DNA of 64,000 nucleotides, from the IMG/VR virus record IMGVR_UViG_3300032242_002041, positions 164,287 to 228,286 of that record. One strand, 5' to 3'. A model generated the notes under the pieces. It was given only the letters and a program-made list of their open reading frames with translations. It was not told where the DNA came from and did not search any database. Both the position numbers and the translations under genes were made by a program. Of this stretch, positions 1 through 8,368 are shown in pieces (positions within the stretch are counted from its first letter, which is position 1; each line of letters opens with the position of its first letter).

Positions 1-1
1 A

Positions 2-379
2 TTCGTGTTTGGAATCTAACAGGGGAATAAACTTCTTGCGAGTAGTTCCGGGCAATACTGTACTAATTAACACTACTTTTTTAGGAGTTGTAGCATACTG
101 ATTTACATTATTGATAGCATCAATAACGGCATCATGTCCAAAGTCTCGAGGAGTCATATGACTTGATGGAACTGACCCATCATATCCTTCGGTGTGCGGA
201 GTAGGAACAGCAATAAAAATCCACTCGCTTTCGTTAACAAGTTCTTCGATACTGCATACTTTTACACTATCGCTAGTGCGTGGATAGATATCAAAACCGC
301 GTACTTCGTGCTTTTCAGCAAATACTTCTGCACAATCTAATCCTAATTTTCCAATTCCTATGAAGCCAATCTTAGCCAT
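2..379 (-). CDS. ugd: UDP-glucose/GDP-mannose dehydrogenase family protein (5' part; runs off window start)
   Basis: Manual translation MAKIGFIGIGKLGLDCAEVFAEKHEVRGFDI...WIFIAVPTPH; Rossmann GxGxxG and AVPTP motif. Confidence 0.8.
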   Translation of the reverse strand, partial: MAKIGFIGIGKLGLDCAEVFAEKHEVRGFDIYPRTSDSVKVCSIEELVNESEWIFIAVPTPHTEGYDGSVPSSHMTPRDFGHDAVIDAINNVNQYATTPKKVVLISTVLPGTTRKKFIPLLDSKHE

Positions 380-435
380 GAGTTTCCTTTAATATTGAAT
401 GCTACAGACTAATTTATCTGGGTTTGGGCAGGGTG

Positions 436-1185
436 TCAAGATTTTTTAAACACTGGAATAGGATTCATTTTGTGTAGACTGCGAGCACGTATCTCTTGAT
501 ATTTTTGTAGGCGTTCAAGTTCCAAGCTATTTTTTACTAAAATAGTGCCTTCGTCTTGTTGCATGGCAAGTTCCAAATCAACATAAGTCATTCCGCCTAG
601 TTGATCTTCGTCTGTACGTCCATCATCCCATAAACCGTCTGTAGGAGGAGCATCAATGATGTCTTTGAGTACACCTAGTTCACGACCCATTTGCCATACT
701 TCTGTTTTGTAGCAATCAGCAATAGGACTGATATCCACACCGCCATCACCGTATTTGGTATAAAAACCTACACCAAAGTCTTCTACTTTGTTACCTGTAC
801 CTACCACAATACCCGAAACACTTTGAGCAATTTGATAAAGTGTAACCATACGCAAGCGACTGCGACTGTTGGCAAATCCTAACAAGTTGTTGTAGGTGGC
901 CAAGCGGCCTTCAAACTCATCAAAGACAGTGGTTAAGTCAATGATCTCGTGACGCACATTGTCAAAGCGTTCAGCAAGCCAGGCACCTTGGCGCATACTA
1001 AGATCGTGTAGTTCTGGACGCTGACGAATAGGCATGGTTACTGCCACAGTATTCAACCCAGTGCGAGCGCAGAGTGCGCTGACTACAGCACTGTCAATGC
1101 CGCCACTAATGCCAACTACCAATGATTTTATATTGGCTTGTTGAGCATAGTTCTTAATCCAGGCTGTAATTTGATCTTGTAACAT
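436..1185 (-). CDS. nadE: NH3-dependent NAD+ synthetase
   Basis: SGGIDS PP-loop, RLRM..LY, GTGNKVE, GFYTKYGDG, PTDGLW, DEDQLG, HKM motifs. Confidence 0.93.
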   Translation of the reverse strand: MLQDQITAWIKNYAQQANIKSLVVGISGGIDSAVVSALCARTGLNTVAVTMPIRQRPELHDLSMRQGAWLAERFDNVRHEIIDLTTVFDEFEGRLATYNNLLGFANSRSRLRMVTLYQIAQSVSGIVVGTGNKVEDFGVGFYTKYGDGGVDISPIADCYKTEVWQMGRELGVLKDIIDAPPTDGLWDDGRTDEDQLGGMTYVDLELAMQQDEGTILVKNSLELERLQKYQEIRARSLHKMNPIPVFKKS

Positions 1186-1189
1186 TATT

Positions 1190-1453
1190 TTAATATCCTT
1201 TTAATTTTAATACCAACATTTCTTTTGTACTGTACCAACGAGTCCATATCGCACGATCACCAGGACCAGAAATAATATACTGAGCACGATAGGCTAGAGT
1301 AAGCCATAACCACCGACCACTGGCATGGCAACGTCTTGGCCATAGCGACCATTTTAAATCAGTACAGGCCCGTTTTAAAAATCGTTCTTCGCTATAATGA
1401 TCTGGCATACTGAGATCCGGAATTGGCATACTATAACTAAATCCTGGCCACAT
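1190..1453 (-). CDS. hypothetical protein
   Basis: ORF packed between neighbours in the operon. Confidence 0.55.
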   Translation of the reverse strand: MWPGFSYSMPIPDLSMPDHYSEERFLKRACTDLKWSLWPRRCHASGRWLWLTLAYRAQYIISGPGDRAIWTRWYSTKEMLVLKLKGY

Positions 1454-1767
1454 TATGTAATATTATGTTCCCAAAATTGAACCTTCAACCGAGTTTCAGG
1501 ATCAAGTGTTGCCGGATCCTTTGCTTGCATTAATTCAACCCATTTCATGTAAGCCTTCCTGCCATCGCCTTGTGCTTTGGCACGCCGCCCACATTCTTCA
1601 CACACGTGAAATGCCTGAACTAAAATTTTTCCATCTTTTTTAGGATAGACTTCAAAATCTTCTTTAGTAAATTTATCCACACACCCATTAAATGTGCAAA
1701 CCACTTCCATGGTCACTGGGTCTAAAAAAGCTACATCAACTTTCTTTTTTGACATTTTTTTAATCAT
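1453..1767 (-). CDS. hypothetical protein with Cys motifs (CxxxC, CxxC), possible Zn ribbon
   Basis: ORF track 1453..1791; ATG at 1767 abuts the queE stop. Confidence 0.6.
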   Translation of the reverse strand: MIKKMSKKKVDVAFLDPVTMEVVCTFNGCVDKFTKEDFEVYPKKDGKILVQAFHVCEECGRRAKAQGDGRKAYMKWVELMQAKDPATLDPETRLKVQFWEHNIT

Positions 1768-2633
1768 TACTTGCCCCAACCATTGCCCCACAAGTCTACA
1801 TGTAAACGTGGACTATAATTAAATCCACGTTCACAGCAAATATTGGCAATGTTTAGTTTATTTGATTCATACGGATCTACAACACCGCCTTGTGGCATTA
1901 GATAGACAACACCTGTAAATCCACCTGCACGAAAAGCATCAACGGCCCGAACAGCTTCATTGACATGATCTTCAGTTTCAACAACAAACTTAAGATATAC
2001 GTGTCCGTATGTTTGATATTCGGCAACAATATCAGGACAAATGGCATCTTCCCAACGTTCGCCACTGGCACTTAGTTTAGCACTGACACTAAAGGTAACT
2101 TCTTTGTCTTCACAACCATAGGTCCAAAAATTGTCAACCAAAAACTTTTTAAAATCTTCAGATAATGCTTGGGTGCCATTGGTTTCAAATGTAAGATTTT
2201 TTAAATCTGCCATACGAGGATGACTCAACAATTCACCATAAGCACGTTGCCAACCTAGCAACGGCTCTCCACCTGTAATAACCAAGTGTACATCATTGCC
2301 GTTGTTCTGTGCCCACTGACGATTGGGAGTTAGATCTGTCATATGTGTTACAAGTTCTTCTGTAGTGTAACTAGGCGATAAATGCTTAAATGCAGGATGC
2401 CACGACGCATAGCTGTCACATCCTGTTTCTACCAAGGGCAAGTCCAAAAAGTTATTGTACATATGGACAACTTCGGCTACATCGTCGGCACCTGTGCTCT
2501 TCTCACCTGGCTTACAACCAAACCCACTACAGGTAAAGTTACAGCCATAAGTGCGTAAGAACACACTAGGCACACCAACAAAGCGTCCTTCGCCTTGTAA
2601 ACTATAAAATATTTCGCTTACTTTTATTTTCAT
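1767..2633 (-). CDS. queE: 7-carboxy-7-deazaguanine synthase (radical SAM)
   Basis: EIFYSLQGEG, VFLRTYGCNFTC, ITGGEP, ETNGT, SPRLH..LWG; start 2633 overlaps the upstream stop (ATGA). Confidence 0.92.
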   Translation of the reverse strand: MKIKVSEIFYSLQGEGRFVGVPSVFLRTYGCNFTCSGFGCKPGEKSTGADDVAEVVHMYNNFLDLPLVETGCDSYASWHPAFKHLSPSYTTEELVTHMTDLTPNRQWAQNNGNDVHLVITGGEPLLGWQRAYGELLSHPRMADLKNLTFETNGTQALSEDFKKFLVDNFWTYGCEDKEVTFSVSAKLSASGERWEDAICPDIVAEYQTYGHVYLKFVVETEDHVNEAVRAVDAFRAGGFTGVVYLMPQGGVVDPYESNKLNIANICCERGFNYSPRLHVDLWGNGWGK

Positions 2634-3127
2634 TTCCACCAATCTTCCCAAGGAAAAACAATCCACACGTCTTCTTCAGCCTTATTTAGGTCAACGGCTG
2701 AGTAGCTAACATTTAATTCACTAGTACTCGCTTCATTATCTACTAACACAGCAACACGAACAGTATCGCCCCAGATCTCTTGCCACTTTGGATTGTCCGG
2801 TAAACTACTACTCATCCAATCTTCTCGGATCCAATTTAGTGTAGCACCCGAGTCGTTAATATCGTCCACAATAAGAATACGCCGTTGTTCAAAGGCATCT
2901 TCACTCATCCATAGGTTCGATTCGGGTTGGCTAGTATCATCACGCAAACTAACCTTAAGACATTCCATTGGACATTCTAAGTACTGACTAATTAGATTAG
3001 CTGGCACTAGTCCGCCACGAGTAAGTCCAACTACATAATCAGGCCGCCATGGATCCAGTGCCATTTGACGTAGGATTTCTTGTGTTTGTGCTTCGACATC
3101 TTGCCAGGTATAATATACTTTTTTCAT
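2630..3127 (-). CDS. type I purine phosphoribosyltransferase (Gpt-like)
   Basis: GLTRGGLVPA, ILIVDDINDSGATL PRPP loop, WIVFPWE terminus. Confidence 0.88.
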   Translation of the reverse strand: MKKVYYTWQDVEAQTQEILRQMALDPWRPDYVVGLTRGGLVPANLISQYLECPMECLKVSLRDDTSQPESNLWMSEDAFEQRRILIVDDINDSGATLNWIREDWMSSSLPDNPKWQEIWGDTVRVAVLVDNEASTSELNVSYSAVDLNKAEEDVWIVFPWEDWWK

Positions 3128-3133
3128 GTTACA

Positions 3134-3162
3134 ATTATACAATACTTGCCAACACTTGTCAA
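3134..3162 (-). promoter_or_regulatory. consensus sigma70 promoter
   Basis: TTGACA-17 nt-TATAAT on the minus strand immediately upstream of the PRT gene. Confidence 0.85.
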
Positions 3163-3165
3163 GAA

Positions 3166-3879
3166 TTATTCTATATGTAATTGATCGTTTATGTTTTTAA
3201 TGATTTGTAATTTGGCATCGGCATTTCGACTACCATGCCAATGAACGATTCTGGATTCCTCAAGACGGCAACCATTCCAATTATCGGTATAGTCCTTGGC
3301 ATCTTGTGGCCCAGGCAACCAAGGTCCTTGATAGGCCATGTGTGGCATGCGAGCCTGTTCTATAGTTAGTCCTTGCTCCCACATCATTTTGTTCAGAATA
3401 ACCTGTTCGGTATTCCATTCTTCCATGTCCCAATTTTCTGCCATGTTCAAACCAAAATTCCAAATGTCTTGACTCATTTCGGCTGGATAGTATCTAACAT
3501 CGGCGTTGAAGAAATGTGGTATGTCTTGGAACTGTCTTGGATCAGTGTAGTTGAACATACGGAATTCTTTGAAATGGCCAAAGAAATCGACCGGTGCAAT
3601 GGCCTGCACGTCTATGCCACAGTATAAAATATTACAAGGCTCACTGCGCCACAGATCGTAAATTTCAAAAAAGTTTTTACGGAATGTATCTCTAATGTTA
3701 TCGGTTTCTTCGTTGTAAAAAACCAATTCCCAATCACCTTGAACAAAGCGTTTTAAACTTTTCAAAGTAATTTCGTGCATCTCCATATATTTGGAGTATA
3801 TGTCACCTTCGTCACTGCGATCCTTAAACCATTCTGGACTTTTAATTTTATGTAAACTGCGAACTAGATAATTTTTCAT
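3166..3879 (-). CDS. putative glycosyltransferase (GT-A/nucleotide-diphospho-sugar transferase-like)
   Basis: ILYCGIDV DxD-like motif, FNADV, EQVILN, IVHWHGS; located in sugar cluster. Confidence 0.6.
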   Translation of the reverse strand: MKNYLVRSLHKIKSPEWFKDRSDEGDIYSKYMEMHEITLKSLKRFVQGDWELVFYNEETDNIRDTFRKNFFEIYDLWRSEPCNILYCGIDVQAIAPVDFFGHFKEFRMFNYTDPRQFQDIPHFFNADVRYYPAEMSQDIWNFGLNMAENWDMEEWNTEQVILNKMMWEQGLTIEQARMPHMAYQGPWLPGPQDAKDYTDNWNGCRLEESRIVHWHGSRNADAKLQIIKNINDQLHIE

Positions 3880-4823
3880 TGTTGTAACCATTCTGTATGT
3901 TGAGAAGACCATTGAACAAATTGTTCAATGCCTGATGTGCCGGTATATTTAGGTTCAAATCCTGCGGCAAGTATTTTTTTGTTGCTGACGCTATACCTGG
4001 CACCGTGCCCTGGGCGATCTGCCGACTTTACTTCATACCGTAAATCTTGACCAAACAACTGACTGATATATTGAGCGGTGGTCAACAAAGGTTGCTCAGA
4101 GTCACCACCCAGGTTATAAGTATCTACAAATCCGTTCAATGGGCTATACAACAAGAACTGTATGGCTTGGGCACAATCTTCCACATGTAACCAAGCACGT
4201 TGATCGGTGTTGCCGTTGTGGTCTCCGTGTAAAGTTATGGTTTCTTGCTGTAATATAGAACGAACCACCAAACTAAAAAACTTGCCAGGCAATTGTCTGG
4301 CACCGTAGATATTTTGTGCTCGCAATATAGTACAAGGAATTTTATAACTTTGTGCCCAGGCCGATACCAACATTTCGCCTGCGGCTTTGGTGCCACTATA
4401 AGGACTACGACAATTTAGTGGGTCTTGTTCGGTCCAAGAATCGTTGTTGACGTTTGGGCCATACACTTCTCCGCTGGAAACGTAAATGAATCTTTTTAAA
4501 TTTTTACTGGTATGTGCGTATTCCAACATGTTGGCAGTCAAAACTACATTGTCCTCAACTGCCTTGAGTGGATCTTGTAACGTATCTCCTACCTGTGCAT
4601 TGGCTGCACAATGCACAATGTAATCAATTGCTATTGTTGTGGGAAGTTTTTGAACTAGGTCAACTCGGTCAGCAAAATCAGGATGGCTGTCAATGACCCA
4701 CTGTAATCGTTTGCTGATGTTTCTAATGACGCATACAATGTGGTAGTCTGTTTCTTTTAAAAAATAATCCAGTGCATGATGCCCCAGGAATCCTGTAGCG
4801 CCGGTTAGCAATAGAGTTGTCAC
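3876..4823 (-). CDS. NAD-dependent epimerase/dehydratase (RmlB-like SDR)
   Basis: GATGFLG, HCAA, SSGEVYG, YSGTK; GTG start overlapping the rmlC stop. Confidence 0.85.
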   Translation of the reverse strand: MTTLLLTGATGFLGHHALDYFLKETDYHIVCVIRNISKRLQWVIDSHPDFADRVDLVQKLPTTIAIDYIVHCAANAQVGDTLQDPLKAVEDNVVLTANMLEYAHTSKNLKRFIYVSSGEVYGPNVNNDSWTEQDPLNCRSPYSGTKAAGEMLVSAWAQSYKIPCTILRAQNIYGARQLPGKFFSLVVRSILQQETITLHGDHNGNTDQRAWLHVEDCAQAIQFLLYSPLNGFVDTYNLGGDSEQPLLTTAQYISQLFGQDLRYEVKSADRPGHGARYSVSNKKILAAGFEPKYTGTSGIEQFVQWSSQHTEWLQQ

Positions 4824-5341
4824 AGTGATTCCTGATCTACAAATTTGGGCCAAGCACGGTCTTTGTCACTGACTACCGCAGGTTCATGAAGCCAAGGCAG
4901 GCCAAGATCTGAATCGTTCCAGACAATGCCTGTTTCTGCGGTTGGTGCATAGTAGCCATCCAAGTGATACTGTATAACAGTGTCTGGCTCCAAGGTCAAT
5001 ACACCATGATAGCAACCGGGTGGAACTATTAACATACTAGGGTCTTGGTCAGTTAAAGTAAAACTAAAAATCTTACCGTAATTTGGACTATTTCGACGAC
5101 CATCGACAAATATGTCCTGTATGGTACCTTTGATCACTGAGATAGCTTTACAAGTGCGATTGGGCTGGCGCTGTGCGTGTAGGCCTCTAAGCGTATATGC
5201 TTTTTTGGTATAAGAAGTGTTGGTCTGCAAAAAGTCGTTAGCAAATCCTGCATCGGCAAGACGTTGCTTGTTATAAGTTTCACTAAACCATCCGCGATTG
5301 TCATGAAACTTTGTTAGGTTTACTAGTAGGTGATCTTGCAT
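4820..5341 (-). CDS. rmlC: dTDP-4-dehydrorhamnose 3,5-epimerase
   Basis: DNRGWFSE, TLRGLH, DGRRNSPNYG, VPPGCYHG, VSDKD. Confidence 0.9.
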   Translation of the reverse strand: MQDHLLVNLTKFHDNRGWFSETYNKQRLADAGFANDFLQTNTSYTKKAYTLRGLHAQRQPNRTCKAISVIKGTIQDIFVDGRRNSPNYGKIFSFTLTDQDPSMLIVPPGCYHGVLTLEPDTVIQYHLDGYYAPTAETGIVWNDSDLGLPWLHEPAVVSDKDRAWPKFVDQESL

Positions 5342-6381
5342 TAGATTTTAAGCCAGCGATCGTTTTTGAGTGTCCAAGTAACCATTTGTTTGATACGGGT
5401 GTCAAAATCATACTTGGGTTCCCAACCTAACCCTTTCATGTATTCGCCACTGAGACTGTAACGAAAATCGTTACCAGGACGCTCTGGATCGTGTCCTACC
5501 ATGACATATTTTAATTCTCGTCCTAGTAAGGTAGCAATTTTCTGGGCCACAACTAAATTACTAATTTCCAATTGACCAACAATGTTAAACTTGGGGCAAG
5601 TGGCACCGCCAAAGTCACTGGCCAGTGGAAAGCCCTTGTGTGGCAAGTCCATAATGAACATGGTGGCATCGGCTACATCTGCGGCATGCACCCAGTGGCG
5701 CAGTCCACTTTGAGTTCCTGTGGCTTCGTCACAGTAGATGACAACAGTTTCATCTGCCAATACCTTACGCACAACCAATGGAATAAACTTTTCTGGACTT
5801 TGACGCTCGCCAAACACGTTCATGGTGTGCGTACAGTAGATAGGCATGCCAAAGGTGTTTTCGTAGGCAATGCACAATTCTTCACCGCCGGCCTTGGTGG
5901 CACTATAAGGACTGCGACTGTTGTAGCGATCCCACTCTTGGTACTCCACACCTTCGGGGGCATCTCCAAACACTTCGTCTGTACCAAAATATATAAACTT
6001 TTCTAATTTGGGCAAATAATGTCTAGCGTAGTCCAACAGGTTACAGGTTCCTACCACGTTGTCTTGCACAAACATCATAGGGTTTTCGATCGAACGAGTA
6101 ACGTGGCTACCTGCGGCCATGTGAATGATAAAATCAACAGGACCAATTTGATGTGCCAACTGTGGGTTAATTTCGGCACGTAAATCATGATAAATGAACT
6201 TTAGGCGGCTCATGGCATCTGTGCCAAACTCTTGACTCAATTCATACAGTCGATTTAGATTGCCTGAAAAGTCCAAACGATCTAGACAGGTAATTTCATA
6301 TTCTTCGTGTTTGAGCAAGCGACGAATCATATGGTGCCCAATGAATCCTGCACCACCGGTTACTAATACAGTTTTTTTCAT
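5341..6381 (-). CDS. rmlB: dTDP-glucose 4,6-dehydratase
   Basis: GGAGFIG, AAGSHVTRSI, TDEVFG, SPYSATK, QSPEKFIP, RPGNDFRY. Confidence 0.9.
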   Translation of the reverse strand: MKKTVLVTGGAGFIGHHMIRRLLKHEEYEITCLDRLDFSGNLNRLYELSQEFGTDAMSRLKFIYHDLRAEINPQLAHQIGPVDFIIHMAAGSHVTRSIENPMMFVQDNVVGTCNLLDYARHYLPKLEKFIYFGTDEVFGDAPEGVEYQEWDRYNSRSPYSATKAGGEELCIAYENTFGMPIYCTHTMNVFGERQSPEKFIPLVVRKVLADETVVIYCDEATGTQSGLRHWVHAADVADATMFIMDLPHKGFPLASDFGGATCPKFNIVGQLEISNLVVAQKIATLLGRELKYVMVGHDPERPGNDFRYSLSGEYMKGLGWEPKYDFDTRIKQMVTWTLKNDRWLKI

Positions 6382-7202
6382 CGTTGAGTTCTTATTTCAA
6401 ATTGTTGCATTTGGCCATTTACATCGTTTTCTCGTAGCACTTGCCAAGGATCTTGTTTACCAGATTTGACATTGTCCCAGAATGTAGGATTTAATCCTTG
6501 ACTTTTTAAATACTCATTGAGTTTGTCGCATTCCTTGAATCGTATCTGTGATGTTGGAGGGTAGTGAAAATCTCTAGGATTGCTAGGATTACCTTCTAAT
6601 AACTCACGTTCTTTATAAGTAGCATCTAAGTTATTACCAGTGAGGTCGGCACGATCGTGCAGGACATCGACTTCAATACGCTGATAAATGTCTACACAAT
6701 ATGCATTTTGACTTAACCAAGCATCGTTCATACTATGTAAACTCAAATGACCGATTACATCTAGCCAGGCCCTGGGCACAATGGGAAATATACTGTAGGG
6801 ATGATCGTTGTGAGTATGAACTGCCAGGAGTTTAAACTGGCCGGTGTACTTGCAAATTTCAGTATCCCAGCCTTGTGTTTCCATTACAGCATCATCGTTC
6901 CAGAAAAACATCCAATCTGCTGAACTAGCGTGTGCCAAGGTGTTTACATAATCGTGTAATCGACTATACCCCATTGGGTCAAAACTCATGGCAGTATAAT
7001 GCACTCCCATGTCATCCAATTTGGGCTGTAGTTTTTCTTGAAAATGTTCAATACCGACAGTATCATCGGTATCTAGTCCTAACAAAACCTGTATACTATC
7101 TAGGTCTGTGGTTAATTCTAGCAACCCAACAAGGCTACGATCCAATGCCGCTGTGCGGCCTCGTGTGGGTAATAATATGGCTATTTTGTATTCGTTTGTC
7201 AT
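6378..7202 (-). CDS. glycosyltransferase family 2-like
   Basis: ILLPTRGR, D-T-D-D, WNDD DxD-like motif. Confidence 0.75.
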   Translation of the reverse strand: MTNEYKIAILLPTRGRTAALDRSLVGLLELTTDLDSIQVLLGLDTDDTVGIEHFQEKLQPKLDDMGVHYTAMSFDPMGYSRLHDYVNTLAHASSADWMFFWNDDAVMETQGWDTEICKYTGQFKLLAVHTHNDHPYSIFPIVPRAWLDVIGHLSLHSMNDAWLSQNAYCVDIYQRIEVDVLHDRADLTGNNLDATYKERELLEGNPSNPRDFHYPPTSQIRFKECDKLNEYLKSQGLNPTFWDNVKSGKQDPWQVLRENDVNGQMQQFEIRTQR

Positions 7203-7210
7203 CGTGCGAA

Positions 7211-7218
7211 TATTTATA
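7211..7218 (-). promoter_or_regulatory. T4-late-like promoter TATAAATA
   Basis: Exact TATAAATA about 9 nt upstream of the GT2 start; motif recurs before many genes. Confidence 0.7.
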
Positions 7219-7248
7219 TGCGTATATTATTAGGCAAATAAATCTTCA

Positions 7249-7764
7249 TTAGTCTTCGTAAGTAGCTGAATTAGCACCATGTTCAAACACTTCTACAGAT
7301 TTAATCCTAACTGTTGGATTGATCGGATAACGCATGTCGCCACTAGCCAACAGTTCAGCCATTTTGTTATAGGCCAGTTTGGCAAACATTTCACAGCCTA
7401 CTCCGGGCACAATGCGCAGATCACACAAGGCACCGCGTTCATACGGCAACTTGCTTAGATGATTTTTGCTGTCAACATTTACAATTTCGTTCATGTGTTT
7501 GAAAAAATCTAACATTGGATCGTCTTCGGCCACGACCAAAGTATGATCAAACATATAGTCTGCCCATGCTTTGAATTCTTTCAAACCACCAAAGTCCATA
7601 CACCAGTTTTTGTCATCTAGTGTATCACATTCAAAGATTAATTTGATACCAATTGAGTATCCGTGAAGTGTTGAGCAGTGACTATGAGTCGCTCTCCACT
7701 GTCTAAAACAGCATGAAAGTCCGCGATCGTTGCCGTAAGTTTTTGTTGAATAGTACTTTGCCAT
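7249..7764 (-). CDS. queD: 6-carboxy-5,6,7,8-tetrahydropterin synthase
   Basis: CSTLHGY, MDFGGLK, FDHT, GCE, VEVFEHGAN. Confidence 0.9.
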   Translation of the reverse strand: MAKYYSTKTYGNDRGLSCCFRQWRATHSHCSTLHGYSIGIKLIFECDTLDDKNWCMDFGGLKEFKAWADYMFDHTLVVAEDDPMLDFFKHMNEIVNVDSKNHLSKLPYERGALCDLRIVPGVGCEMFAKLAYNKMAELLASGDMRYPINPTVRIKSVEVFEHGANSATYED

Positions 7765-7840
7765 TTGTTTCTCCTATGTTAGATTATAGCATAGGCGGCA
7801 GAGTTTGTAAAGCGGGAGTGACGCCAAGACCGCTGTGAAT
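7765..7840 (-). promoter_or_regulatory. candidate riboswitch-like structured leader of queD
   Basis: AGCGG/CCGCU stem, loop GGCG complementary to downstream CGCC, competing CCUAUG/CAUAGG hairpin over the SD. Confidence 0.55.
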
Positions 7841-8002
7841 CTATTTATTATCGCTGTTTGGTGCTTCTGGTTTTGTTGATGGCATTACCTTATCTATAGC
7901 AGGATTGATATAGGGTTCTACCACAGTTTTTTGGGCAGTGCCCCAACCAATGGCAGAGAAGAAGCCAATTACTATCCAGGTTCCAATCAATTCAATGATC
8001 AT
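7841..8002 (-). CDS. small membrane protein (53 aa, not in ORF track)
   Basis: Manual translation MIIELIGTWIVIGFFSAIGWGTAQKTVVEPYINPAIDKVMPSTKPEAPNSDNK; start overlaps the HIT stop. Confidence 0.65.
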   Translation of the reverse strand: MIIELIGTWIVIGFFSAIGWGTAQKTVVEPYINPAIDKVMPSTKPEAPNSDNK

Positions 8003-8367
8003 TTTTTATAATTACCTTTACCCGGTATTGTATTTCGTACACCGCCCACCGGATCCTCGACATCACCCGTTCTGCGTGGAATAAGATGAATATGGGGATA
8101 CATAACAGTCTGTCCAGCAGCCGTGCCACTGTTATACCCAATGTTGAAACCATCGCATTCTCCTTGTTCAACCATGTGATTACCATCGGCTAGTGCTTGT
8201 TCCATGGCCTGCACAATCCAATTTGGATTGTCATGTTTGGGAACATATAATCTATGACCCGGAGTACACGGATACCGGTCTAGGAATACTGCAACCAATG
8301 GACGTTCTTTGATCTTTTCAGTCCATGGTGCTATTCCGGCTTGTTGTGCTTCTAGTAGTGTTGTCAT
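7999..8367 (-). CDS. HIT family nucleotide hydrolase
   Basis: PCTPGH.L..PK.H, GQTVMYPHIHLIPR. Confidence 0.9.
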   Translation of the reverse strand: MTTLLEAQQAGIAPWTEKIKERPLVAVFLDRYPCTPGHRLYVPKHDNPNWIVQAMEQALADGNHMVEQGECDGFNIGYNSGTAAGQTVMYPHIHLIPRRTGDVEDPVGGVRNTIPGKGNYKK

Positions 8368-8368
8368 T

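Noticed and set aside
436-1185. NadE acting as the missing QueC (same PP-loop amidation chemistry)
   Set aside because: All NadE-specific motifs are intact, QueC zinc-binding Cys motifs are absent, and DpdL explains a queC-less pathway
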